A stretch of DNA of 64,000 nucleotides from Octopus bimaculoides (Eukaryota). Shown one piece after another: positions 1 to 12,866 of this stretch. The notes beneath the pieces were generated by a model. That model was given only the letters and a program-made list of their open reading frames with translations. It ran no database searches and had not been told where the DNA came from. The stretch is taken from NCBI RefSeq assembly GCF_001194135.2, contig NC_069003.1, forward strand, positions 9,805,538 to 9,869,537, given 5' to 3'. The position numbers and the translations under genes are program-made. Position 1 is the stretch's first letter. Each line of letters begins with the position of its first letter.

Positions 1-310
1 CATATATATATAATACATATCACTATCACATTATACACACATATATATAAAATATCATTATATACACACATATATAAAATATATATCATATTATACACAC
101 ACATATATAAAATATATACCATTATGCACACATATATATAAAATATATCATATTATACACATATATATATATTATACACACATATATATATTATATTATA
201 CACACACATATATATTATACACACACACATATATACATAATATATATTATATACACACATATATATGAAATATTATATTATATATATATACACACACACA
301 CACACATATA
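1..310. repeat. Compound (TA)n/(CA)n microsatellite
   Basis: Degenerate TA/CA runs throughout. Confidence 0.9.
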
Positions 311-825
311 TAGAAAGAGAGGGCTGGTCACGTGGGGAGAGTCAGAGAGGTATTTAAGGCAAGATATAAAGAGGTAGAGTTGATAAAAGGCATTGTGAGA
401 CCGACCAAACGGATCTGTGAACAGGGCTGACAAGTAAAAGGCTGGTTAGAACAGCTTTGCCAGCACGGAAGTTGGTTTTTCTGAAACATGGGAGTAAAAC
501 AATTTATTGTGTAAATAGCCATTGTGTTCATGTGGGTTATTTTAACTACAATGTTGTTGTGCAGGGAGTGGGGGATTAAATGAAAGAAAAACAGCAACAA
601 TGATCTCTAGTGTTAACTAAAACCTGGCTACACGTTTTTAAAGGGCCGACGTGGTGATGGTGGGGAGAGAAAAGCACAATCAATTATATTGACCGGAGTG
701 GGTTTTATACAAACTGAAGATACGGCCTCCTACGGGAAATATGAAAAGGAGTAATGTTAATTGAGAAATTATAAATAGATGTTGTTTGCATGGCTTAAGA
801 AAAAGTAAAAAATAATGATCTCAGA

Positions 826-1247
826 TGTTTAATATCTGGGAAGTACTGGTTAAGAAAATTATGTTTTACCAAGGAGGTTTAGATAGGGCAGAAACATGTT
901 AGAAGTTGTCTGTTCTGTCACTGTACTTGATAGACCCCCACCCTCCACCATAAATAACCTTGGAGGTTGAATATCTGGCAAGTACTGCCTAAGAAGAATA
1001 TTGTTTGCTAAGGAGGTCTTTATAAGGTGGAAACATGTCAGAAATTGCCTGTTCTGTCATTGTACTTACTAGACCCCCACCTTCTTAAGGAATAGCAATG
1101 ACAATTCAGGAATCAACAACTGATGCTGTCTGCATTGCTAAAAAAAGATAACAACTTTGGGTGGTTAATATCTGAAAAGTACTACTTAAGAAAATTATCC
1201 TTTGCTGAAGAGGTTTTAACAAGATAGAAACATGTCAAATGTTGACT
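826..1247. repeat. Three diverged copies of a ~120-bp unit
   Basis: Motif AATATCTGG..AAGTACT..TAAGAA..AAGGAGG..GAAACATGT starts near 826, 964 and 1163. Confidence 0.75.
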
Positions 1248-1254
1248 ATCTTAT

Positions 1255-1458
1255 TATTGGCAGAATTGTTAGCTGAGTGAAATACTTAGCAGTATTACTT
1301 CCATCTTCATGTTCTGAGTTCAAATTCCGCCAAGGTCAGCTTTAGCTTTCATCCTTTTGGGGCCAATAAAATAAGTATCAGTTGAGTAATACTGGGGTCC
1401 ATGTAATCGACTTACCTTCTCCCTCAAAATTGTTGGCCTTGTGCCAAAATTTAAAACC
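1255..1458 (+). mobile_element. SINE family A (tRNA-headed, Nin/Inv-like core)
   Basis: TGGCAGAA..GTTAGC head, GAGTTCAAATTCC B-box, GCTTTCATCCTTT.GGG core; matches >15 copies in the window. Confidence 0.8.
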
Positions 1459-1950
1459 ATCGTTATTGTTGTCATCCTCGTTATCATCATCGTCATCGTC
1501 ATCATCGTTGTTATCATCATCATCATCGTTGTCATCCTAGTTATCATCATCATCGTCATCCTCATCATCATCATCATTATTATTATTGTCATCTTTGTTG
1601 TCATCATCATTGTGATTGTCATCCTTGTCATCATCATCATCATCATCGTTGTCATCCTTGTTATCATCATCATCATCCTTGTTATCATCATCATCATCAT
1701 CATTGTCATCCATGTTATCATCATCATCATCATCATCGTCATCCATGTTATCATCATCATCATCATCATTGTCATCCATGTTATCATCATCATCATCATC
1801 GTCATCCATGTTATCATCATTATCATCATCATCATTATCATCATCATCATTATCATTATCATCATCATCATCACTGCCATCTTTGTTATCACCATCATCA
1901 TCATCATCATCGTTGTCATCCCCATTATCATCATCACCATCATTGCTGCT
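1459..1950. repeat. (ATC)n-derived minisatellite, expanded tail of the adjacent SINE A
   Basis: Begins directly after GTGCCAAAATTTAAAACC, where other copies have a short (ATT)n tail; 27-36 bp higher-order units GTCATCC(A/T)TGTT(ATC)n. Confidence 0.8.
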
Positions 1951-2555
1951 ACAGCAGCTGCAGCTTAGTTTTTGAGATGTTCCTATATTCAGCAAAGACA
2001 TTTCTTCACTCTTCAATTAAGTCTTATCACAAGAAGTTGTTCCAGATATGAAAGCTTAAACAGACGAACACTTATTTATCGAATTACAATGGAAAGATAA
2101 TATAAGCTGTGTGTTATAGTTGAATCTTCTGTTAGACATTGTAAACAGCAACAACAACCATAACAACAACAACTCCAATCATCATCATCAACAACAATAG
2201 CTAATACACATAAATGACTCAAAAATGAATGTATTTGTGTATATGTATCATCTGTGTGTGTGTGTGTGTGTGTGTGTGTGAGAGGATATTTGAATGGATG
2301 GTTGGATATCCCACTAAATATATTTGTATACATATATAACGAAGTAATTTTGATAACAGTATGAAATCAACGATGTAAAGAAATGAGAAATGAAATTCGA
2401 ACATCGTCTTTTTTTTTTTCTTTTCCTTTTGTATCGGTTTTCAGGCAATTGAAAGTTGAACAAATCCCCACAACCACTACCAAAGAAAAACAAAAACAAA
2501 CAAACAAGAAAAAAAAAAATAAAAGATTATTAAAGTCAAAGGTTGATTTATATTT

Positions 2556-2605
2556 TGATTGGAATTCTTATGTTTTTTTGGCGCCAACCATTTTGAAGGC
2601 GCCAA
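2556..2605. promoter_or_regulatory. Possible promoter motifs (CCAAT box plus E2F-like sites)
   Basis: TGATTGG near 2556-2562, TTTGGCGC 2577-2584, second GGCGCCAA 2598-2605, in unique CpG-containing sequence. Confidence 0.3.
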
Positions 2606-3424
2606 TATCTCTGAGCTGTTTCAATCGCGGTTAATATTGATGTGTTGTGTTGGTGAATACAGCAGTTGTGGATAGTGAGATACGATTGATATGACTAACA
2701 AACATTCCACATAATGCAGAGTGATAAATCTTCTTATTCACAGTGAATCATCGCAGACGACAGCCATACCAAAATGGAGTCAAACTTTAACACTTCTGCT
2801 GCCATAATCAAATATTAGCTATTCTTTCGCTTTCTCTCCCTCGTATTTATTTATTACGGACGAGTTGTCGACACGTACTAACGTTCTTCTAATATTCTTG
2901 TAATACTGATAAACTGATAACCGTACAGGTTCCGGTAAATATCCTTAAAAATATTGTAAAATAAATTGAAACCACGTGGAAGTTACACAGCAAGCTTCAG
3001 ATGACACCAAATTTAATTTTCATTGTCAAGGCAGTTATAATTTGATCAGAGGTAAAAGGAATTCGATATGTGTTATTCTTGTTCACCAAAGCAACCACGA
3101 CCTGCTAGAAATAGTAGCTAATTCTCCTTCTGATCACGCCTGACTGTCTAAAAGAAGAAATAACATACAAAATAATACAATGTTACCCAAGATATACTAA
3201 GCCTAAATGAATAGAAGGACCTTTCATAGATATTGCAAAATGAAAATGCTTTTGATCAAGGTCTACTCAATCGCAGCTAACCGAAGGGTTGCTACCAGCA
3301 CTAGATTTACATATGGGCCAATATGGAAAGGGCTCTGGGACTCCCAGTTTTGGGTAGACCCTGCTTTTATCTCTCTTACAATTTATTTATTACAGATGAG
3401 TTGTCTGATGTTCTATGCTACTGT

Positions 3425-3699
3425 AAACATGTGGTTGTGTGGTAAGAAGCTTGCTTCTCAACCACATGGTTCCAGATTCACCTTGTGCAAGTGTCTTCTA
3501 CTACAGCCATGGGCCAGCCAAAGCCTTGTGAGGGGATTTGGTAGATGGAAACTGAAAGAAGCCTATCGTGTGTGTATATATATATACACATACATACAAA
3601 AGGCTTCTTTCAGTTTCCAGCGTTTAGTTTTGCTATATATATATATATATATATATATACACGCACACACACAATAGGCTTCTTTCAGTTTCCAATGTT

Positions 3700-3734
<35 letters not shown>

Positions 3735-4225
3735 NNNNNNNNNNNNNNNNNNNNNNNNNNNNNNNNNNNNNNNNNNNNNNNNNNNNNNNNNNNNNNNNNN
3801 NNNNNNNNNNNNNNNNNNNNNNNNNNNNNNNNNNNNNNNNNNNNNNNNNNNNNNNNNNNNNNNNNNNNNNNNNNNNNNNNNNNNNNNNNNNNNNNNNNNN
3901 NNNNNNNNNNNNNNNNNNNNNNNNNNNNNNNNNNNNNNNNNNNNNNNNNNNNNNNNNNNNNNNNNNNNNNNNNNNNNNNNNNNNNNNNNNNNNNNNNNNN
4001 NNNNNNNNNNNNNNNNNNNNNNNNNNNNNNNNNNNNNNNNNNNNNNNNNNNNNNNNNNNNNNNNNNNNNNNNNNNNNNNNNNNNNNNNNNNNNNNNNNAG
4101 AATAAGTACCAGACTTTTTTTTTTAAAAATAAGCACTGGGATCAATTCATTCGACTAAAATTCTTCAAAGCAGTGCTCCAGCATGGCCACAGTCTGATGG
4201 CAGAAACAAGCAAAAGAACAAGAGA
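3425..4225 (+). mobile_element. SINE family B spanning an N-gap at its internal microsatellite
   Basis: tRNA-like head TGTGGTAAGAAGCTTGCT..; family tail GAATAAGTACCAG..CTCCAGCATGGCC..GAAACAAG after the gap. Confidence 0.7.
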
Positions 4226-4669
4226 CAGAAAATCCTTTAAAATATTGAAAAATTACATTGAAACAACTTGGAGTAACACTGCCAGCTTCAAATGACACCA
4301 AATTTAATTTTCTTTCTCAAGGAAGTCATAATTTGATGAAAGGTAAAAGAAATCCAAAAGTTTTATTTTTGTTTGCCAAAGCAACCATAATATGCAAGAC
4401 AGAGTAACTGAATTTCCTTGAAAGATACACTACCGTCTAAAGGAAGAAATATCAAATAAGATAAGACATGGTTGTCATTGACATACTACACCTAAATAAA
4501 GAGAAATGTCTTGTGAAAAATAATGGTGGAAAATAGAAACATCTTTGATTTTAGATCAGTCTAGTCACTGCTAACTTGAGGACTTTTACCCATGTAAATA
4601 TGAGGGCTAAACATGGGGTGCTACCCTTGTAAATACGAGGGCTAAACAAGGACTGCAGTTTCTTTTGCG

Positions 4670-4763
4670 AAGCTGCTAAGTTATGGGGATGTAAACACAC
4701 CAACATCGGTTGTCAAGTGATGGTTGGGGGGGGGGGACAAACACAGACACACAAACATACATA

Positions 4764-4843
<80 letters not shown>

Positions 4844-4995
4844 GCTTCTTTCAGATTCTGTCTACCAAATCCACTCACAAGGCTTTGGTCGGCCCCGAGG
4901 CTGTAGTAGAAGACACTTGCCCAAGGTGCCATGCAGTGGGACTGAACCTGGAACCATGTAGTTGGAAAGCAAGCTTCTTACCATACAGCCATGCC
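4670..4995 (-). mobile_element. SINE family B, partial, with (TA)n core
   Basis: Matches complete copies at 28160 and 41146. Confidence 0.85.
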
Positions 4996-5577
4996 TGCTT
5001 CATGGTTAGGGTATTTGGCTGGTGATCAGAAAGTCAAGTGTTTGGTTCCTGGCAGCACATTGTGTTCTTGAGCAAGTCACTTTACTTCACATTGCCCCAG
5101 TCCACTCAGTTGGTAAAAACAAGTTATATCTGTTATTCAAAGGGGCCAGCCTTGTCCCTATTCTATATCACATTGAATCTTCCTTCCCGAGAACTATGTT
5201 AAGGGTGTGCATGCTTGTGGAATACTCAACCACTAGCAGATGTATTTCACGAGCAGGCTGTTCCGTTGACCGGATCAACCAGAACATATGTCAGCATAAC
5301 CAACAGAGAACCAGTTTAATAAGCTTTCATATGTTGTACATATTAGATACAAAATTTAATAAATTGCCATGTTGCATTCCATCAAGATGATGTGCACTGA
5401 ATATTAAAGGTGGCCAATGAAGCAATTTTAGGAAAAAATTCATTGATATCTCAAACAACTTCATCTAGAATTGACAATAGACATAACTCTAAACAGTAAA
5501 TTTCTTTGATACAACACTAAACTTAAGCAGTGGCAACTACCACCCCTTCAGAAAACTCAAGAAATGGTTGCTATTCA

Positions 5578-5904
5578 TTTAATGCTGTTTATGGGATTTT
5601 GTGTTATTTGAGATGTTTGTGATCTATTGAATTTTATCTTTAATGTCACTTAGCCTCAGAATGTTGTTGTAATATTCATTGATAGAAACTCCAGCCATCT
5701 GCACTTCATTCTCAAGATTATAGTCAAGAATATAGTCAGCATATCTTCAAATGAAGCCACTTTCACTTCTATACTGAAATGAAACCTATTTCATTACATC
5801 ACCTAAATATTACAACACTCTTATGCTGCTAAGTGACATTAAAGGTAAAATTCAATCGATATCAAACATCTCAAATAACACAAAATGCCATAAACAGCAT
5901 TAAA
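5578..5904. mobile_element. MITE-like foldback element (~110-bp inverted arms)
   Basis: TTTAATGCTGTTTATGGGATTTTGTGTTATTTGAGATGTTTG.. is the reverse complement of ..CAAACATCTCAAATAACACAAAATGCCATAAACAGCATTAAA. Confidence 0.75.
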
Positions 5905-6625
5905 CAGCCCCCAGCTCAATTTCAATGTCAGAAAAATTCACTAATAAATGTCTCACTCTGATACAATTACATTGACCTTAAAATGTTCAACAGACGCGAT
6001 GTTAAGCTAAATTAGAGCTGCATCATATAGCAAGCAACAGTGACATAAATGTATTACATAACAACAACATGGACACCTTCCAATGTGCAGTTGTACTAAC
6101 CCCTACAAACTGCCAACTCAACTATTGATGCCTTAAAAAAAATCAATAACATACCACATATATGTATGCACTAATAACATACCACAACCTACAATGATTT
6201 AACAGAGAATACTTTTAAAAAGAAGATTCTACCAACACACCTACGCCTTCAGAAATATTAACAGAAGAACTGTCCAAATGCATGTGACTGCTGAAAGCTC
6301 AACACCACTAAGAGGAGAAAAATGTTAGTATACCAAGCAGAATGAAAATTGCAGTCTGTGTACTGTAAAATAGACTATATTGCTCCATTCTACAGAAGTC
6401 AGTATTAAAGCTCCATTCTGAACTCAAACTCTGATTTGAACTCCTTATGTATACATAGGTCCAAGTACCTCCTCAAAAACTTTAAAACCAACAGTGTTAT
6501 CATCTACCTGCTTTAACACCAACTGAATAGGACATCATATATGTACCCACATATCAATAGCCTCCTACATAACACCCACAGTGCACATCCAGACATTTCA
6601 TATTACGTTTTAATATCCATAATCA

Positions 6626-6812
6626 AGATGGCAGAACCGTTAGCACACTGTGCAAAATGATTAGCAGCATTTCGTCCAACTTTACATTCTGAGTTCAAAT
6701 TCCGTCAAAGTCAACTTTGCCTTACATCCTTTCGGGATCAATAAAGTAAGTACCAACTTAGCACTGGGATCGATGTAATTGACTTACCCCACTGGCCTTG
6801 TGCCAACAAATC
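6626..6812 (+). mobile_element. SINE family A
   Basis: Family A head and core. Confidence 0.8.
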
Positions 6813-6814
6813 AA

Positions 6815-6980
6815 AAAATACCTTAGAAATGAGAACCCAGGTTCAAAATTTCCCCAAGACACCTGATGAAGGTTGGAAGGTATATCGGCTGAAACGTTGT
6901 GTTAACAACAAACAAGATGAGGACAAATATCCATCAAATGTAAATGTACGTAATTCCTCATCTCTTAAATATAGAAATGT
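6815..6980 (+). mobile_element. Solo 3' part of a Penelope-like pseudo-LTR
   Basis: Near-identical to 56783-56954 (AATACCTTAG.AATGAGAACCCAGGTTC..TCTCTTA.ATATAGAA). Confidence 0.8.
6858..6903 (+). ncRNA. Minimal type-I hammerhead ribozyme (stem II weakened by wobbles)
   Basis: GACAC-CTGATGA-A-GGTTG..CGGCT-GAAAC-GTT-GTGTT; core intact. Confidence 0.65.
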
Positions 6981-7002
6981 ACATATATGTACATATTATT
7001 TT

Positions 7003-7367
7003 TTTACTTGTTTCAGTCATTTGAATGTGGCCATGCTGGAGCACATCACTTTTAGTCGAACAAATCAACCCCAAGATTTATTCCTTGTAAGCCTAGTACT
7101 TACTCTATTGGTCTTTTTGCTGAACCACTAAGTTACGTGGAACATAAACACACCAGCATCGGTTGTCAAGTGATGGTGGGGGGACAAACAGACACACAAA
7201 TGCATACATGCATTCCATATTTTAATGTCTATAAGGAACCCATTTTGGTCAAAAATTAGGTTTAAAAATATGGGAGTTTCTTATACATCATAGTATTATA
7301 ATCCCTTACAAAACCCTTTACAAATTTTAAGCCCCAAAAATTAGGGGGCTCCTTATACATGTTAAGA

Positions 7368-7398
<31 letters not shown>

Positions 7399-7780
7399 AC
7401 AGGATTTTTTCAGTTTCTTATTTCTTTACTGCCCACAAGGGGTTACACAGAGGGGACAAACAAGGACAGAAAAATGGATTAAGTCGATTAAATCAACCCC
7501 AATGCATAATTGGTACTTATTTAATCGACCCCGAAAGGATGAAAGGCAAAGTCGACCTCGGCAGAATTTGAACTCAGAACGTAGTGGCAGATGAAATACT
7601 TCAAAGCATTTCACCCGGCGTGCTAACGTTTCTGCCTACCAAATTCACTCACAAGGCTTTGGTTGGCTCGAGGCTATAGTAGAAGACACTTGCCCAAGGT
7701 GCCACACAGTAGGACTGAACACCAGAACCATGTGGTTGAGAAGCAAGCTTCTAACCACACAGCCACTCTTGCGCTTACGT
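7003..7780 (-). mobile_element. Cluster of SINE B tail, SINE A and SINE B head
   Basis: B tail ~7003-7200, A ~7407-7637, B head ~7638-7780. Confidence 0.75.
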
Positions 7781-8450
7781 ATGTTATAATAATGAAGTCA
7801 AACCAAATAGTGATATATACTATAAAGCCATTTAATACACAAGTTTCAGGCCTACATAAATTCTGATTCATTTATGTATATATTTATGCATTTAATGAAG
7901 CTTTTTACCCAATTTTTGATAGATTTTTCTTTGGTTCATAATTTATATAATCCTTAGAATATCTGCTGTAATGACAAGCTTAAGTATTTAACCTTTCCCT
8001 ACACATTTCCAATGAACATCGACCACTCCTTAAATAACTGCAAAACAATTCTTCTTTACATTCTATGTTTATTTGTATCACTGTTTCCATGAAGTCTCTA
8101 TTTACACAGCTTCATCCACCACTTCCCTCTATGCATGTCTACAGTGATTAAACACCCAAATGGTTTTATATATTAATGTACGAATGTAGTTTCGTGTACA
8201 CAAGCATTTGCATAACTTTCTGGGCATCCATATATTTTGTATCTAGTTGTTTTTATATTCCTTGTATCTTTTAGATTTTTGGCAATTTTTTTTTTTGGGG
8301 GGGGGGTATTTTGTATTATTCAAACATCCGTTCTTCATGCATTGATGCAGATTTACATGCAGATATGCAGATTCACGTGTCCATGCGAGGAGGAATGCAC
8401 TACAATTTGTGTGTAGATTTATGTGCATGCATGCAACCATACAGACCTGA

Positions 8451-8502
<52 letters not shown>

Positions 8503-8676
8503 GCATATAAAATTGTGGATATGTGTGTGTGTGAGTGTCCATGCAATTGCTTGCATGTGCAGCAGAATATTCATAGAATGTCTAAGTATACATGCATGTG
8601 TTTGCATATATATTTCTATAAATGCATGTGTGTACACAAGCGTGTCTATATGTGTGTGTGTGTGTGTGTATAGATG

Positions 8677-8731
<55 letters not shown>

Positions 8732-8782
8732 GCAGAATTAGAGAAAGAGACAGATAGCTAGATAGATACAGAGCTAGGTAGG

Positions 8783-8825
<43 letters not shown>

Positions 8826-9024
8826 GTGTGTGTGTGTGTGTGTGTGTGCAACATTATGTAGTAAAAAATTTGCTTCCCAACCACATGGTTCCAGGTTCAG
8901 TCTCACAGCATGGCATTTTGGGTAAGTGTCTTCTGCTGTAACCTCAGGCCAACCAAGGCCTTGTGAACAGATTTGGCAGATGGAAACTGAAAAAATCCTG
9001 TCATGAGTGGATACATCGTTGTCG

Positions 9025-9270
9025 TCGTCGTCGTTTAACGTTCGCTTTCCATGCTAGCATGGGTTGGACGATTTGACTGAGGACTGGTGAAATCAGATGG
9101 CTACACCAGGCTCCAGTCTGATTTGGCAGAGTTTCTACAGCTGGATGCCCTTCCTAACGCCAACCACTCAGAGAGTGTAGTGGGTGCTTTTACGTGTCAC
9201 CCGCATGAAGGCCAGTCAGGCGGTACTGGCAACGGCCACACTCATCTCGCTCGAAAAACCTCATGTGTCA
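9025..9270 (-). mobile_element. RTE-type 3' UTR element
   Basis: GGATGCCCTTCCTAACGCCAACC motif and trinucleotide tail; similar sequence adjoins an RTE ORF end at 55718-56070. Confidence 0.7.
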
Positions 9271-9572
9271 CCCGCACAAGAGCCATATATATATATATGT
9301 GTGTGTGTGTGTTTGTACAATATGTGTATGTGTGAATATATATGCATGTATGATGTTGGAATTCAGAATCTGAATGTGTGGATAGAGGTTGACACATTAT
9401 TCTTGCCAGTCAGGACACCTGTAAGCCCCTAGGTAGGGGATTTTTTTTTGCGTCAATTTTTATCTACAGGAATGTTCTCCTAAAGAGAAGAATGGAACCT
9501 TTAGATTCCTAACTTCGAAACTGCAATAAAGAATTAACCTTTTGTTTTTAAGCTTTGAATTTTATGTCATTT

Positions 9573-9680
<108 letters not shown>

Positions 9681-9811
9681 TGCATACACTAACATATATG
9701 TATAAATATATGTTACTGTACACAAATATGCTTCTCTGTCTATATACAAATATATATATATACTTCCTGGTAATTAATCGATATTAATTAATATATGATT
9801 TTTACCCCATG

Positions 9812-9865
<54 letters not shown>

Positions 9866-10200
9866 TAGATAGATATGTAATTGTCTCTGTGCATATGTGT
9901 GAAGGTGTGCATGTCTGCAACAGCAACCACACAGTACAATTTTATACACACATGTGACTATGCAGCCTAGACCAAAATGAAGGTCAACTGATTCCCTAAA
10001 TACAGCTCAAAAATGGTGACCCCTCATCACTTTTCCATTGTTTCATTGCCAAGACATTAAGACATAATAAGTTCTGAATGTGAAATAATAGATTTAATAT
10101 TAAGATTGCTTCCAAGCTTTCCTCGAGGCCAAGCCTAATAGCCATCATCACCACTAGTATGATCATCATTATTGTTGTTGTTGTTGTTATTATTGTTATT

Positions 10201-10660
10201 AGGGCAACAAGTTGGCAGAATTGTTAGCGTGCCGGGTTAAATGCTTAGCGGTATTTCACCCGTTGCTACATTCTGTGCTCAAATTCCTCTGAGGTCGAAG
10301 CTTGCTTCCCAACCGCATGGTTCTGGGTTCAGTCTCAATGCTTCGTGCGTTGGGCAAGTGTCTTCTACTTATGATTGAATTTGGCTGACAGAAACTGAAA
10401 GAAGCCAATCATTTATACGTATGTGTGTGTGTGTGTGTGTGTGTGTTTGTTCTCTACCACTGCCTTACAAGCAGTGTTGGTTTGTTTATGTGCCTGTAAC
10501 TTAGTAGTTCAGCAGAAGGACCCAATAAAATAAGTACCAAGTTTAATAAAAGAAAAGTACTGGGCTTGATTCATTCAATTAAAATTCTTCAAGGTGGTGC
10601 CACAGCATGGCCACAGTCTAATGACTGAAATAAGTAAAAGATTTTTAAAAATGGTAAGGT
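10201..10660 (+). mobile_element. SINE A 5' fragment fused to SINE B
   Basis: A head to CTGAGGTCGA (~10298), then B from AGCTTGCTTCCCAACC. Confidence 0.7.
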
Positions 10661-11040
10661 ATATATATGTATATGTGTACATGTGTGTGTGTGTATACAC
10701 ATACATGCAAGCATATACATACATATATGCACACACGTACATACACACACACATAAACTCACATGCCCACATGCAATTATACACACACACATACAGACAT
10801 CCACACACACATGCACACATGCAAATATATACACATGCACACACACACAAGCATGTACATGCTCACATACATGCATACACATGCACACACACAAGTGCAC
10901 ACACATGCATGTACATGCACACATACACACACACACATGCACGTACATGTTCATATACATGCACACACACGCATGCACACGCACATGCATGTACATGCAC
11001 ACACACACACACACACACGCACGCACGCACACACACGCAT
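10660..11040. repeat. Complex CA/TG microsatellite
   Basis: CACATGCAC/CACACAC degenerate array. Confidence 0.9.
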
Positions 11041-11139
11041 TTGGCAAAAAAAGTTACAAAAGTGACTTTTGTAATTCACTGCCAAATGAAAAAAAAAAAC
11101 AGAAAGAAACCTCTCTGCATTTGGTACGAGGCCTAAAAT

Positions 11140-11530
11140 TTCGGGGAAGTGGACGGGTCAATTCCATTGACCCCAGTGCTCGACTGGCAATTACTTCATT
11201 GACCCTGAAAGGATAAAAGTCAAAGTCGACCTCAGTGGAATTTGAACTCAGAACCAAAAGATGGCCAAAATGCAGCCAAGCATTTTATCCAGCACATTAA
11301 CCATTCTTATTTCTTTATTGGTCACAAGGGGCTAAACATAGAGGAGACAAACAAGGAGAGACAAAGGGGTTAAGTCGATTACATCAACCTCAGTACGTAA
11401 CCGGTACTTAATTTATCGACCCCGATAGTATGAAAGGTAAAGTCGACCTTGGCGGAATTCGAACTCAGAACGTAGCAACAGACGAAATACTACTAAGCAT
11501 TTCGCCCGGCGTGCTAATGTTTCTGCCAGC
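11140..11530 (-). mobile_element. Two tandem SINE A copies
   Basis: Two reverse-complement A cores. Confidence 0.8.
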
Positions 11531-11975
11531 ACATTAACCATTCTGCCAACTCACTGCTTTCTGCCGATTAAAACGAATAAAAAATATATATATTCTAATG
11601 TATTGAGCTCTTTTTATCCTGTTTGTTCCAACAAACCTATAAACAAACACACACACACACACATATATATACACATATATAGCTGTATATACAAATATAC
11701 ATATTTATGTATTATACATAATATATATATATACAATATATATATATATATATATATATAAATTATAGAAAATGCATATATATTTTTATATACTTGGGCA
11801 TATATATGTAATATGTGTGTGTGTGTGTGTGTAAATATTCATGTATATATAAGTATCTATGTGTGTGTGTGTGTGTGTGTGTATAGATATATATACATAT
11901 ATATATATGCATATATATGCGCATTTGTGTGTATATATATATGTATATAAATGTATGTGTGTATGTATGTATAAA

Positions 11976-12021
<46 letters not shown>

Positions 12022-12722
12022 CGTATGTGTTTGTGTGTGTATATATTATATGTATAAATATATACACACACACACACATATATATATATATTTTATAGTT
12101 AAAAAATGTTTGTGAAGAGACAAAAATTACTCAAAACATGAAAAAAAAACATGTTATCTTCAACAGCAAATGAAGAAAAGATACAAAAACACCTTTACAA
12201 CAACAACAACAAGTATATCAAGCAAAACAAACACATTGTCATGTGCAACATCTCCAATACGAAAAAAAAAAAAAAAACATCATCATCATCATCAACAACA
12301 ATTTTAGAATCAACATTAGCATCAAGACCAGACCATCAACAGCAACAATAAGAAGAACGAAAAAGGTGTGTGTGTGTGTGTGTATAAAGAGATATTTGCT
12401 ATCGTCTGCAAAATGAAATAGTAACTTGACTGTTTGATATTTTACTAACGACAAACTACAAGCTCTCGGTTTAGTTTCTTTAACGAGCTGACATCATTGT
12501 CATTGTCGCCACCATTATCATTAATGTAATTTATTATTAATTTCTTTTTGCATGCCATGAGAACCCCCAAGATGTTGGGCGTCGATGCAAGGATGGAATT
12601 GTACAAAAGAAAACGATACAAGAAAGAGGAGGGGCGAGAGGGGTAAATGAATGGGAGGTGGCCCGAGATCAATAGAGACACAATAAGTAAATGACTATGA
12701 ATAATAATAATAATAATAATAA

Positions 12723-12866
12723 GAGAAGCACAAAATTTTATGGGATTTTCCTATTCAAATGGATAAGAAGATAGAATATAATAGACCAGACATAATAATT
12801 GATAAGGAAAAATTAAATTGCTTACTAATTGATCCATCATGTCCGTTTGATTACAGGATTGAGGAA
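12723..12866 (+). mobile_element. R4/Dong-clade non-LTR retrotransposon fragment (restriction-like endonuclease)
   Basis: Open frame EKHKILWDFPIQMDKKIEYNRPDIIIDKEKLNCLLIDPSCPFDYRIEE fits the ILWDF..RPD..LID..P.D motif; abuts (TAA)7. Confidence 0.8.

Noticed and set aside
1320-1975. Poly-Met, poly-Ile and poly-Ser ORFs
   Set aside because: Alternative frames of one (ATC)n array.
3735-4099. Long X-containing ORFs spanning N-runs (about 16 gaps in the window)
   Set aside because: Artefacts of assembly gaps.
6000-6620. Possible decayed Helitron helicase traces
   Set aside because: Only vague motif echoes; no frame long enough to support the call.
12557-12690. Short ORF MRTPKMLGVDARMELYKRKRYKK with a donor-like site
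   Set aside because: No recognisable family or partner exon.
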